Shown here: piece after piece, positions 30,158 through 44,120 of the stretch
How the letters are laid out: the number at the start of each line of letters is the position of its first letter
Position numbering within the stretch: the first letter of the stretch is position 1
NCBI GenBank assembly: GCA_964247055.1
Contig: OZ176054.1
Coordinates: forward strand, 1,178,001 to 1,242,000
DNA: 64,000 nt
Source: Paragordius varius
Lineage: Eukaryota; Animalia; Nematomorpha
Reading direction: 5' to 3'
Translations under genes and position numbers: made by a program
Notes under the pieces: model-generated
Database searches by the model: none
Told to the model about the DNA's origin: nothing
What the model saw: only the letters and a program-made list of their open reading frames with translations

Positions 30158-33100
30158 TTATAAAACAGATAATAGGAAATAAGTGACATATATGAATATA
30201 GGTATGCTTTGTAAAAACAGTGATATTCCAACATTATTGTTTGAGGCAGAATTTCTTTTGTCAATGACTGAGTTGTTTGTTACAAGGGGAACGTTCATTT
30301 GTTCATTTTCATGGATCTTAACAAAATCCATATCGTTTGTGGGACATTGCATGGCTTGACATAAGAGAACAGACTCGCGCGTACAGGCACATGTTTGACA
30401 TGATCGCATATCATTGCTCATTAGAGTTATCTTTTCTGGTGAACCGGCCACATAGTATTGTCCGTTGGCATAGCAACCTATATAACGAGGATTATATTAT
30501 TAAAATTTTATTAATGTACCATTATTTATAAATTAGTGGTAACAAGCTACACGAATGGCTTCGCGGGTCGCATTCGAAATTTGTGTGAGCATAAATGAAT
30601 TTTTTATTAAATTTCAAACATAAGATTGCAAAATCAAAAACTTATTTAAAAAATTTAATTGAAAAGATTAATTTCACTTATATTTTGTGCGGATATTATT
30701 GCAGATTATGGATTTTCAAATTTTTTGCGGCCTGCACATAATATGTCGGAAGTTGGGCACCTCTAATTTAAATCGAATTAAATTATAGGATACAAAAATA
30801 TTTAATTTACCAAATAAGTTTATTGTCATGTTTTGTGGATTAATGTTAAGAAGGTTTCTCGTTTCCATCGATCGCAATTTATCCATCAATGCTTTGTTGT
30901 GTGTGAGATTCGGCGAACTCATAAAAACTACTGTTTCAATTATAACACTTCCAGGTCTACAAAGTGATAATATATTAAAAGTTGACATTATAATTACTTT
31001 TTAATTTAACAAGCCAGTTATTTAACCCATATATAAGTATGATTAGAAATCGCTATTATTTCATTTATTTTTAATTTAAAAATAATCCTTTAAAACAAAA
31101 ATTGAGTGGGTAACGACGAGAGTTTGTAATGTAAATGATGTTAGAATCGTCGTAAAATAACGCAAAAATAAAAATATAATTTATTAATTCTCAAATTTTC
31201 GCCATTGGCATCATCAGGAGATTAGTTAAGAAAAATATATAAAATATAATAAAATAAAAATTAAATTAAAAAAATGAACAAAATCATGGTTGATATTACT
31301 TATATAGGAAAAAAATCACAAAATAACCGTTAGTGATTAATTAATATTTTTTAGCTAATCCAAAAACCGTACCTCAGATTAGCAATTTTAACGTTTTGGA
31401 ACTCAGGCAAATTCATAAGCGCATTTCTCAGCTAACAAAATGTAAAAAATATATTAACGTGATATATTTTTAATTTAACAGGAAATACAGAAATATTGGT
31501 ACCTTTATCTCTAATTCATTTTTGTATAACTGAGTTTCAGGTGAATCCAAAACACTGTATTCCCCTTTCCAAGGCTCATCAATTGCAAATGATAAATTAT
31601 AAACTGACCCAATTGGGTTTTCTGTTAAGATAGTTCCCAACGCGACCGGTATCAAAGTTGTCCCATCTAAAAAAATTAGTTTATTTTTCCATATATTTTT
31701 TTGAATCAAAAATGAAATTAAACTAACTTACTTTCTGGCACACATTTTTTGATACAGATTTTAGTGTTTGTAACATACGGCGGTATTCTATGTTTTTGTA
31801 TGGTTCCATCTTCATTCCTATTCAATCATATCAAATATGATAACGATAGATAAAAATACAAAATTAAATAAATCAATCTACTTACCATTCTCCCGTATCG
31901 TAGGGAAAGAAAAAATAGCCACAATCATTGTCCGAATCTCCGAATTGAAAATCGTGGAATTTATCTTCCGTTTGACGTTTTCGCTTAAATTGAATCGTTG
32001 TAACATTGTTGATAAATGATCCATTTATGTCATATATGTTCTGCATGGAATCTTTAGTCGGTTGGCTATAACCTTCAATCCATCTACAAAAAAAATTAAA
32101 TGGGAGTCCTTTATTTTTATAACCAAATGCTTACAGTAACAATTAATGCAGACAAAACGTAATAATATAAATATTTTTTTTCAAAAGACAACAATCTTTT
32201 TTTATCGCTTCATTTTTCGTATAAAAAATATTTAGCTTCAATGAAAAGATACATATGTTTTTTTAATAAGCGTTTTTACTTCATAATTTGCAATATATTA
32301 AGTTTAAAAAAATAGGTTTAAAAAGTACAGCGGTTTTTAACAAAAAAAATTCGCCTTTATATTTTCCGTTTTGTCCGTTAATTTTCATTTTTTACTATAT
32401 ATTATGTTGACATGACATTCAGATTATATTAATCCCTGGCTCCTAGAAAAAAAGGTAAAATTCTTTTGTATAGCATAACTTTTTACCCATCAAAAAGTAC
32501 GACCATGTTATCGCTCGTAATCCATCCATATATAATATCCGTATTTGGCATATTTCGTTGATTAGAAAATCCAATGCCTGTCCATCGGTTCATACTGTTA
32601 CGAGCTTGAATCGTAAATTGAATATCTTCCTCTGAGTCTCCAACCAACTTCCAAGAAGCATGATATTGGCAATTTTTACTTTTATCACAGCCTGTGGGAT
32701 AACTCCATTCCATTATATTACCTGGGTTAGCATTTGCGCATTTTGTGTTTTGAGCGACAAAACTGTTTGTGGCTAAACCACTTTGAGGGGGAGAGGGCAT
32801 AGGAAAATCTGGGGAAAAATAAATTTAATTAATCAATTTTAGAAATTTTTTAGCTAAAATAATTAATTTTAGTGTACCTAAAAAATTTATAGCATCCGTT
32901 CCTCGTAAATTTCGACTTGTCCCATGATATTTGAGTTCATCATCCCGATAAAAGGCTTTATCCTTGGCACTTCCCTTTTTACAAAAATAAATTTATGACT
33001 CAATGTTTTATTTGATGCTTAAATATATATATTATAAAATTTGCCCGATCGTTTTAATGATTTTTTGTATTTTAAACTTCTAAAATTCTATTTTCGAGAA

Positions 33101-36100
33101 ACCCTAATCAACCATATTTTATTTTCCAAAGCAAAAAATGATAATATTTACCATTTCGATCCCCGAAGGTGGATCATGAACGGGTTTAGTTACGTCTTGA
33201 CCGGTGGCCCAACTTACGTGCATTATATCATTGATAAATGTATGGTCAGCCAAATCAGAACCTATTTGCACACAAATATATTTCATATATTCCATTCCTT
33301 AAATTACGATACCATTTTTCTATCGAAAGCAACACTTTTTCAACCAAACGCAACACTTTTTTGAGCAAACGCAATATTTTTCAAACAAATGGAACGTTTA
33401 TTCATCCAAAAGCAACGGAATTAGAAACATTGCGTTTGCTTGAAAAGTTGTTTTAGTTGAAAAAATGTTGCGTTTGATTGAAAAAGTGTTACTTTTGACT
33501 GAAAAATGGTATATACACCCTCTTGAAAATCACGTTTTATACTAAGGTAAAAACTCTGTTCTAATGGTATTGATGATATGGTATAATCATTTTTACTATT
33601 TCCATTTACCTCATGTTCTAAATGAGAAGCTAAATATGGTGGTACGCAGTATTTAAAAATTTATTGCCAACAAAAATAAGACCCGACTTTAAAAATTAAT
33701 TTTCCTACACAATAAAATGAAAAAATGTACAATATAAGATACTTTTTAGTTTGCGTCTAAACATGATTGTCGTTTGTCCATTGCGTTCGAAGCCAAGGGC
33801 AGCTGTTATATCATCTCGACCCCCAAAAACTGTATCCAACATGGGTGTTGATCTGTCCCGGGAATAATAATCTCCTATTCGAAACAAATTTCCTCTCGCC
33901 ATACCAATCACAACATCTAAACATTCCATTGGGTGAATGGCATCCCCTTCTGAAGACATAAAAATAAAAATTTGGGCTGTTTCAAAATTTCGTGTTACAC
34001 TTAATTTGTAAATCATAAATATAGATAAAATGTTTTAATTAATCCGATGAAATGTTGGGCAAAGGCAAAAATATTGAAGACAATTTATGTAAACACATTT
34101 CTTTAAATTAATTACTCCATAAAGTGCAATCGCCAAGTTCAATGTCTATTACAATCTTAATATCTAACATAAGACAAAATAATTGAAACCTTTTCATCAA
34201 AAATATGGCATTCTTTTATTAATCCATAATCTAAATAACTTAGGTAAGAAAATTCTAAGATTGATACTTGTTGCTATGTTATTCAAATCTTCTTCGGAAA
34301 CAGGAATATTTCCAGACGGTACTATTGGGATGACACTGGCAGATAATTTTGGTTCAGCATTTGGTTCAGCGATGATTTCCGAGAGGGGTTGATTATTGTT
34401 GAGGGTTGGTTCATTTAAAGGAGGAGTTTTTATTGTCTCCGGTTCTGTAACGGGGGCTTTATTAACCTTTGGCGTATTTTCAGGCACTGGTTCTGATTTG
34501 GTTTGGGAAAGAGGTTCACTTTTTCCCACGCTTTCGGGTTCTGCTCTCACAGAATTAGCCGAAGGTCCTCTGAGTGGAATAGTAGAACTCGATTTAGCAA
34601 CAACTTCATTATTGGCCAACGTTTTTTCCGCAATAGGTTGAGGAGGTGGTAAATTTTCAGGAATTGCTTCCTTAACAGCGAAAGGAACGACGGGTTTAGG
34701 ATTGTTTTCCCCGGCTGGAATTATTTCTAGGGAAATATAATTGATTTATAGTAAGCCTATAAAATTTTTGTAAAAAGCCATAATTGAAAAACTAAATAAG
34801 TGAAGGCACCTGGTTTAGCCGGTTTTAATGGATTGTTTTCAGCACTTGGTAAATTTTCAGATGACGGGATTTCTGCTTTAGGAGCCCCAATTATTATATG
34901 AGAATTCGTATTTTTATCATGCAAAACCATAGAAAGTTCTAGTGGTTTTTCAGTTGTCAGAGCTTTGTCCATGAAAGAATCCATTGTTAGCGCGTTTGTC
35001 ACTATTTCTATAGGACGTTGAGTGGTAGACAAACTGTAAATTACATAAAAATATATAAAATATACTGCTGTGGAGCTGACTAAAATTATTACCTATGGGA
35101 AAAAATTTTGAGATACCTTAAAAATATTTTTTTTGTTAATAAATTAATATTGAATTTTAAAAATAATATAATAACCAATAAGATCCCTATAGATATTTGA
35201 AAAAATTAATAAAAAATAAATAATTTAATTCTTTTATTTTTTTGTTATTGAGTGTTTTATTATATTTCACACTTTAAACCAGGCGTGTCCAACACAAATG
35301 GCTTCGCGAACCGCATTTTTGACTTAAAAAACCCGGCAGGCGGCCATGTAAATATATATGGGCATTCATAAGGAATTTATCAAACTTTAAACATAAAACT
35401 GTAAAATGCAATACAAAATGGTAATTTTTCTAGTTCCATGCCAATTGGATAGACTTATTTTGAATTGTTTAGGAAATATCAATATTAGGAAAATTTTGTT
35501 AGCATATTTTTATAATATATGGATTCCAAAATTTTCGCGGGCCGGGTCCTGACCACCTCTGCTTTAAACGATAACTTAAAAATTAGGGCCTTATCAAAGA
35601 ATTGCAAAAACGCAATAATGATCAGCATGATTAAATAGGTATATAGCTGTTAAATAAATTATTATATGAGGGTCTAAGTTATTAAAATTTATATAAAAAA
35701 TTTACGTTCCTAATTTAACTTACATTTGTCTCTTGCGTCGCTTGGATGTTTCTGGTTTTGGCTCATTTTTTGGAATGACATTTTCATTTAACATAATTTC
35801 TTTTTGCTGTAAACGTTGAACTTCCGCTTTCGGCAAATTAGATTCGGCTACAGGGTTTTGAGGATTAGAAGATGTTTCGGGATTTGGAGCTTTGCTTAAT
35901 TGTTCAGATATTGGTAATATTTTAACAATTTTCATTTTTTCGGGTTCTGAGGCAGGGGGACTGTTTAGATTACCGCCTTCCGAAATGGGCACAAATAAAT
36001 TATGTTTCGGTTCTTGACTTTCGGCTTTTGGTCTTAAGAGTGTTTCAGGCTCTGATACAGCAACACCTGATGGTTGGGATCCTTCAGCTATGGGTTCATT

Positions 36101-39100
36101 ACGAGGAACACCACTTTCTGCTTTTGGAACACTTTTTGATATCCTATTGTGATTCGGCAATGGAAGTAACGGAATACCACCAGTTTGTAAATTTATTGGA
36201 TACATTTTGCAGTTACTTCGGAGATCTGAATAGAAGATATTTTGTAGCATAAAATCAAAGTTGTGGTGAAAAAAAATGGAGTGTGGTTAAAAAAACATAC
36301 TGTTCGGTCTCCATCCTAGAGCGACCCAATTGGTGGTATTAGCTTGTAAAACTATTTCGATTTCTTTTGCATTTGAGCCCAGGGTTGAGTCTGGTAAAAG
36401 CTTCCAATACATATTGTATCTTGGTGACAATTGTCGCGATTTATAAAATCGTGGATCAAAATTCCATTTATTTAAATCCGTTTCTAAAACAATTTCGGAT
36501 GACATCATATAAAATTGTTGGGCTTAATTAAAAACGGTTATAATTATAAATTATTATATAAAAACTTTTAATTTTAAATTTCATCAATTTAATATTTATT
36601 TTGGAGTATGTATGAAACTAACTTTTTTGACAATGGGTACCAATGTAACCCCATTTGCAGAAACAAATCTTGCTGGGGGATGATGTCGCATTTATATCAA
36701 TACATTCACCATTATTGCAATCAGCATTGTTAGTGCATTCATCTATTTTTACAAATTAACATAGTTTATTTAAAATAAAATAGTTGAATTAAATTAGTAC
36801 AAAGGTGTTTACTAAATTTTTCACAAAATTCTCCGTTAAAGCCTTTGTTGCAGAGACAAACCCCTGCTTGAAGTTGTCCATTGGGTTGGCATCGGTCCAA
36901 ATCTAATAATAAAACCAGATTTTTAGTAAATAATTTTCTATTTTGTATTGGTATAGAATTCTAATGTTTATTTTTCTTTCCGTTTAAAATTTTACCAAAG
37001 CCGATATGGGACTTTATGAATTTTTATAATCCTTTTGTTTTATTTTATTTTAAATTGAATCCGACCTCTCTCAATATGCAATAAATAAAACGCTTCTGAT
37101 TAACTACCTTTTTGGATTCTAACATCCGCACAACTCCAAAAAATATATCCGTGTGGTCCAGCTGTCCATTCCTTGGCTTGTCTTGTTAGGCGAATGAAGC
37201 AATCATCACAGGTTAAATTGGTTGGAAGTGTTACTCTATGACTTTGAGTCCTAAAAAATAGTAAAAAAAAATTAACTCCAGAAACCGATTATAGAGCTTA
37301 ACGCATATTTTCATCCAAGCTAATGTTATTTATAACATAAATAATTTAAAGGTATTTTTATTACACAGAATATATCCTATTTTTGCGTAAATCATAATTG
37401 AAGGGTAATATGTTGAGCTTCAGAATGATGTAAAATTTATTTTAAAGGTAAGTTACTTACGTGACATCAATGTTTTGGAGATATACGGTGCCATTGTGGT
37501 CATCGCTTGGGGCCAAAGTGGCTAAAACCTTGTTGTTTGAATCAATCAATTCAATGCGATATCCTCCCTATATATATATATATATAAACAAATCATATAT
37601 GATAATATGAAATTTGATTTTACAATACTATACATCATTTAAATTTTATATAAAATTACTTGATGTGGATATCCCAAGTGCCAAATGACATCAAATGTGG
37701 AATTTGGGATGAGATTGGTTACAGGTCCTCTTTCTATCACCATAAAAAAATAATTTTTATACATATTCAATTTAATTTGAACAGCCATTTGCATTAAACA
37801 AACAAAATAAACCGATAAAAAAAGTAGATCTCATCACTACATATTCTGTTAACATTAATATAGTTTAAATATTAAAAATATGGAACGTTTGAGAGTTTCA
37901 ATTTAGCCTCAAAAAGCTCTAAAATATTAAAACTCCAAAGATATTATTTAATATAACTCAAATTAATCGAGGGTACTGCTGTACCGCTCTCTGATACTGA
38001 TACTGATATGCATGACGTGACTAGGGCCATTTTTAAAAAAGTGCACCATGTGATAGACTTCAATCATATATGTACAAGATATAATCATTTCAAATATTTT
38101 AAGTAATCTATATAAAATGGTTTTGATAGATTTTATTATGATAAATAGTCTTTACGTAATATTTTTATCATATATACATTGTGTAATTTAGGACTGAACT
38201 ATTGATTTAGTAATAAGCGCTGAAAAGTTCGACCCTTCTTTTATTTATTGAACTAAAATATATCCCACTTATAAAATGAAATTAATATGAATTGTGCTGC
38301 GTTTTATATATAAGGAAGACGTAACTGGGGCTAAATTAACCAATATTTCAGGATTTTTAATTTAAGCTTAGGTTTTGATTCATCAAACCTTATCAAATTG
38401 TGAATTGTATTTTTTTGGCCAAAATCACTAATTAATAAACATTTAACAAAAAATAATATTATATTATAAATACAAAACGTTGCAAAACAATGTAACAATT
38501 TAAGGGCAAGAAGATATATTATATTTCACACCCAAAATGCATAATATCGATTTTTTAATTTATATAGAAAACGCAAAAACACCTTTCTGGATAATTTGAT
38601 TTGCGGGTATTTTCACACTGTAATATAATAGTAATATATATGTCATAAATAATTCTAGTATGTATTGCCAATTTTTGTAACCATTTATTTTCAGAACCCT
38701 CTAAGGCGCCCAAAACATAATAATGGAGGATTAAACATAATAAAAATTCATTATATCATGATTTTATTGATTTATGCTCTCCAGATATTTTACCCAACAT
38801 AGTGTTCTTAAAATTAAGACTTACTGTTGATTTGTCATGTTAATAAAGTTTCTCAATGTCATTATTAATAAATTTTTGAATAAGTAAAAGGCATCATAAA
38901 TTAATCCTATATATTCCTGGAATATTATATATGTAATAAATTATTTAACATATTTACTATTATAACCTATATATTCGTACATATGAAAAAAAATCAATTT
39001 TAACAACAAAATGTGTTTAAAGATAGACAAAAATGATAAAAAAAATTGTTAATTTTGAATATACAAATTAGTCGAAAACAAAGCGAAATTATATCACAAA

Positions 39101-39763
39101 ATAGAGTTAAGCTTAATTAAAGTTATCTATAAAAGGTTAAAAAATCTTCTTAGCAGTATGTGTTTGATTAAATCATCTTTTTTATGGTAAGAAAAAAACT
39201 TATTTAACAACAACAAACACAGATATTTGAATTTTTAAAGTTTAATTAATATAAATGTTTGGTCGTATAGACTTATAAGATTACAGTATGGTAAAAAACC
39301 ATAAATAATTGCAATTAAACACTTTCCAATATTTTAACATTAATAATATTTATTTGATATGGACCAAAGCTTTTTTACATCATACGCTACGGTATTATTT
39401 TATACCATGCTTTTCGTATTAACATGTCGTTAGTATTAGCCTTTACCTTGAAAATAACTGTCTGACAATGTGTCATTTTATTTATGTGTTTGAAGTGGTA
39501 GTAAATAGTTGTTTAAATTGTATTTTTTAATAAAAAATCATTTCAAATAGATGTAAGTTTTTTTCTATCTAAAAATTTGATCAAATACTTGACGGAACTC
39601 CACAAGGTCCAGAGGTTCTAACATTGTCTAAAAAGTCGAATTGGTATGAGCGTGCAGGGGGATATATAATCCTTATGTGAGCTTTTGTAAAATGATTCCA
39701 ATTTAAAAGGAATATTAACAGAAATCGCCAATATGAAGAAATATGTTTATATGTGATAGCCAT
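30158..39763 (-). CDS. Large secreted, probably GPI-anchored nahoda-like protein: signal peptide, His-brace LPMO-like domain, 2 EGF-like, DOMON with long insertion, DOMON, SEA-like, VWC-like, hydrophobic tail
   Basis: Spliced exons read MAITY..FTKA|HIRIIYPPARSYQFDFLDNVRTSGPCGVP..WHLGYPHQ|GGYRIEL..CDDCFIRLTRQAKEW..YIFWSCADV, then two Cys-rich EGF exons. DOMON motifs follow: WVALGWRP..HPMECLDVVIGMARG..DYYSRDRSTP..RRKL..DELKYHG and WTGIGFS..NMPNTDII..QKH. Then PGSVII (SEA GSVVV-like), CQTCAC..LCQAMQC and NSASNN + hydrophobic C-terminus. Confidence 0.88.
30534..30765. mobile_element. hAT-type MITE in an intron, same family as 35280-35561
   Basis: It shares acacgaatggcttcgcgg..cgcatt with the 35280 copy and ends gttgggcacctcta. 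The TSD is imperfect. Confidence 0.55.
33310..33511. mobile_element. ~200 bp fold-back MITE with internal aaacgcaacacttttt sub-repeats
   Basis: Ends read taccatttttctatcgaaagcaacactttttc ... gaaaaagtgttacttttgactgaaaaatggta. The arms consist of inverted tandem sub-repeats. Confidence 0.7.
35280..35561. mobile_element. hAT (Charlie-like) MITE with a perfect 8-bp TSD
   Basis: Ends read ctttaaac|CAGGCGTGTCCAAC ... GACCACCTCTG|ctttaaac. Another end of this family (ccattcgtgttggacaccctt) lies at ~13710-13731. Confidence 0.82.
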
Positions 39764-40068
39764 TGAATACAATAAAATTAAAATCTTCAAGTCCGATTTC
39801 TATATTAAGTCATGATATAATATGTGAAGATGCGACGCGCTACCTTTAAAAAAACGAATTCAAAAATAAAATATGTGATAGAAAATAATCATTAAATTAA
39901 ACCTTGTATATATGTGAATAAAAATAATATAAATGTTATTACAATTAAATATTATAAATATATACCTGATTATATATATATACACAAAAAATTAGTATAT
40001 AAAGGTAACAAATAATCTTTTAATGTGATCACGAAAAAAAATATTTAAAAATATTGACAATCCTTTGA

Positions 40069-40106
<38 letters not shown>

Positions 40107-43100
40107 ATTTAATATATTTTATAATATAAATGATTTCATTTAGGTGTTTACCCGTTATTTGATTTTATACTAATATTTTTATGGATTAAATGATTTAGTG
40201 ATATGATATTATTAATATTTTGTTTTATCGCTTTTCGCTTCCTTTTTTCTTAAAATTAAAACTTTTTATATGGGCGTATTTAAAATTATGTAATAAAACA
40301 AACATTTAAATCCACAAAACTTTAAATTTTGTGAAGTCGGAATGTTAAAATAAGGTTATAACCCAGGTATATCAATGTAAATTTAACTCATGTGAAAAAA
40401 AGGTGTAAATCAATTTCAGTCAACTATAGACGACACCTTAAGAAATTATTAAAATATCGTTAAAAGATATGTTTGGTGACCAATTGGGTTCCTCGAAAAT
40501 ACCTTGATTGATATAGCGTTGAAAAAAACATATAAACTAGTCCAAATTTAAAATTTTGCTATATATATAAGTTTTGTAAATTTGACCTCAAATTCGCCCT
40601 TGTATGAATTGGCTTTTAAAAAACAAGTTCAAATAGTGTTTTTGAGGCAATTTTTCTAACAACATATAGACCTGGATATTATATTTAAAAACGGATTGAA
40701 AGTTCCTAGAATTGTCCCTAATCTGGCCCAAGGGGTAAGATGGTAGCCGTTAAATCGATTTTCCCGATAACGCATTTAGCCATTCCAATTGAATAATGCT
40801 GGATATTTTATCTATGAATGTAAAGATCATAACAGGGTGCCCTAAGGGTAGAATTGCAAACAGCGGAATATTATAATTTTAATGGATACTTTTTGATTTT
40901 TGACTGCGCCGTTTATGGACCAATTACTTTTTTGTTTTAGCCTATGTTCTCAACCCCTACCCTACCGTGCTGTCGAGTAGGGAAAACTTATTCTCCAAAA
41001 AGTATTTTTGAGGTGCTTGCTATATTTTATCTTTTTCTCTTCCATGTATCAATAAAAATTAAAATACTGGCTTTGATTATTCGTGGGCCCATTCAAATTT
41101 AATTTTTGTAGTTATTTGTCTTTTATAAGGGCGGATTATATCTTCACGCCCATTCATTGTATTTAAGAGATTTGTAAAAATGCAAGTCCCAGAAAATATT
41201 TTATAATAATTGAACAGAGTGTGAGGCTCTTTAATATAGCTTCAAGTATTATTCCTGTAAATGAGTGCACTGGACATTGCTTTTTGTAATCCCTGTTTAT
41301 TTTAAGGCCCTAATAAAAGCTTTCGCATAAATCCTTCAGAAAATATGCAGGCTCCGACTAATCTAGTTTAATAATGGGTCGATCTCTAAAAGTGCCAAAT
41401 TTTGAGGCCAATTAATTATATTGCGGTACTCTAATATGGTTCTAGCCATTGTTTGAATTCAAATCATGATATATATCAAAACGTATTTTAACATTTTACC
41501 TTTTCACTCTGAAATGGTTCGGGGTAGTTTTCTACCCCCAAAGCTTCAAGTTGTAAACAAACTACTGTTTTGAGGTTATTTTGGTTAAAATTTAATTGCT
41601 TGTTTCATATATTAAAAAGAAACTTATAAATTTTAAGTTTTTCACTTTAAAAACACCAATTCATATAGCTAAGCACTATGGAAATAAACATCTAATATTA
41701 AAATCGATAAATATCAAAAATTTACTAAATTTGTAGTTTGAAAGCTTTACAGAGTTATTTTTTTACCATATTATGCATTTAGCCTATTGTATTCGCAATT
41801 TAAAATCTAAAGTAATAGCGAAAAAAAGTTTGAATGAGGATTTCGATTTAATTAATTTTTTTATCATTTTCCTTAAAGGCTAGAAAACATGTTAAATTTG
41901 GCCCAATGCTAAAATATATTTTAAGGAATTTTTAAATGCCTTTGGTATATAATACCCCAAAAGGTCAAAAAGTAATAAAAATGCATAAATATATATAATT
42001 AAGAAATAGATTGCGTTGCAATTAATTTATAAATTCCAAGCATATCCATTTTGTTATTTTTATGCAATAATTGTTTAGTTTTCTCCAGGTCGGAAACACG
42101 TTGCAATATTACACTTTATAAAGATGCTGAAATTTATAAAGTTAATTGTGAAAGTAAGAAATGTCATCTGTGCGCAAATAAAATAACATCAAGCTTGTAG
42201 AACTCTAATATAAAAAACAGTTATGAACACGCTTCATTCACACAATTAATGAAAAATATCCATCACGCGGATAAAATTGTAGAGACCTCACTTTTAAAAA
42301 TTATACTAATACTATTTATAACACAATTTCCACAAAATACCCTGATGAAACATATATATTTTGATAGGAAAATGTATCAGAACTATAATGGTGCTTTTGT
42401 TTTTGGCTTTACAAGTGATTTAAAAATTTATTTACACTTTTATGGTAATGGCTACATATTAAAAAATGGCAATATTTGGGCACATTTTTTTATAATTTTT
42501 TTTTGATGAAAGCTAATGCTTCATTCTAAAATTATCAAAATATATTCTACATATAGAGCGGAATTCCAAAAAAATGATGTCCGAAAGTCCCAAATTTTTC
42601 ACTCTTAATTAAAATGAACGCAAAAGTGTGAATATCCATGATGAAACTTTTAATATATGCAAAATTATAGCAAAAAATATTTTTTTAAAAGTATACTTTA
42701 AAATATTGTTGAAGCGTACTTCATGCTATAAGACCTGATGAAACGGTATAGAAACGCGTTAAGTTTTGCACACTTTTTTTATATATTTCAATAATTAAAA
42801 TACCTCATAATTTTAATAAAAATATTCCTTATATATATTTATGTTGGATATAACTTGTGCTTTTCAAAAAAAGTTACCAAAATTTTGAAGAGGGAATCTT
42901 TAATTAAAATTCCATCGAATTATAAAAAAAGGAGTTTTGTATCCTAAAGCATTTTTATACCGTTGCCTCAAAGCATGATTTACTCGTCAACAAAATTTTG
43001 CAAGTTTTCGAAAAAGTATGCTTTTTTAAAAAATATTTTTTAATGCCATAATCTAGCATATAAATAAATTATTTCTCACGGAAAGCATTTTTGCGTTTAT

Positions 43101-44120
43101 TATATAGCCCATTTTTAAAAAGCGAAAAAATTTGGGACTATCGGAGCCCACGTCTAAAAAATTTTTTTAATTTTGCTTTTTATAAGTAGCTTCTAACATA
43201 ATGATATTTTTAGAAAGAAGCTTTTAGCTTCCACCAAAAAAAATATATCTAATAAATTGTGCGCAAATATTGCCATTTTTCGATATGGTGCACTGACCAC
43301 AAAAAAGTAAATAATAAATTACTCGTAAGGGCAAATACCAAAAGGACAATAGTTCTGATACATTTTCCTATCATATTTAATCATTTTTTTTCATATCCCG
43401 TAATTAATACACAGTGTAAAATAAATAATATTAAGTTTTTTTAATATTTTTTTTATATTCGGCATCCATGTTATATAAGTGTAACCATTTGCAATGTTAA
43501 ACTCCATATTTTTAGAAAGAGTGATTTTAAACAGGCCTGGGTTCCCCAAAGAACCCAAATTTATTTGGAAAACAATAATGAATGTGTTCTATCCAAGTTT
43601 CACATTTTGAGCTATCCAAGTTAAAGAACTGACCGATATTATCTTTTTTATAAAATACAGGCGAGCATTAATAATAACATTAGCAAAGCAACTTTCCAAA
43701 CATACGTTTGTTTATAAAAAAAACTACGTCAAAAATTACTCTTAATGCAATGATGTCTTAAATAATATATTTCCTTAGATAACATATTGTTTGAACTTTC
43801 TACAATGCAAAAACGTTATAAGTATTATTTAGTATTTTTGAATTTTATTATTTATTAATCGCTTAGTAAATGAATTGGATAATAAAGCATTTAAATATTT
43901 GGCTCTTACAACATCTCTGCATTTTTCGTGGTATTGAAAATGTATTAGTTGCGGTTTACTACTATCAGCCGTGATACGCTTATTTTTCCAATTTCAAAAT
44001 TTTTTTAAATCCAAAAATTAAATGTCACGCCAAAATCGCAAACAACTTGCTACAAATGCAAACAGTATATTTAATAATTTATATATTAATTATCTTTTTA
44101 ATCTTTTTTATCTTATCCAG

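Noticed and set aside
34183-36252. Plus-strand ORFs 34183, 34396 and 36028
   Set aside because: They are antisense shadows of nahoda-like exons.
40069-40100. (TA)n microsatellites here and near 10103, 37569 and 52370
   Set aside because: These are ordinary simple repeats in AT-rich DNA.
42085-42200. CxxKxCxxC stretch suggesting a Penelope/GIY-YIG remnant or the first SUN exon
   Set aside because: It is too short, has no supporting motif, and shows no convincing splice link to the exon at 44121.
40600-43230. Scattered short inverted matches (40600-41670; 42580/43125) suggesting further long-TIR elements
   Set aside because: The matches are short and degenerate, and I could not define termini or a TSD by eye.
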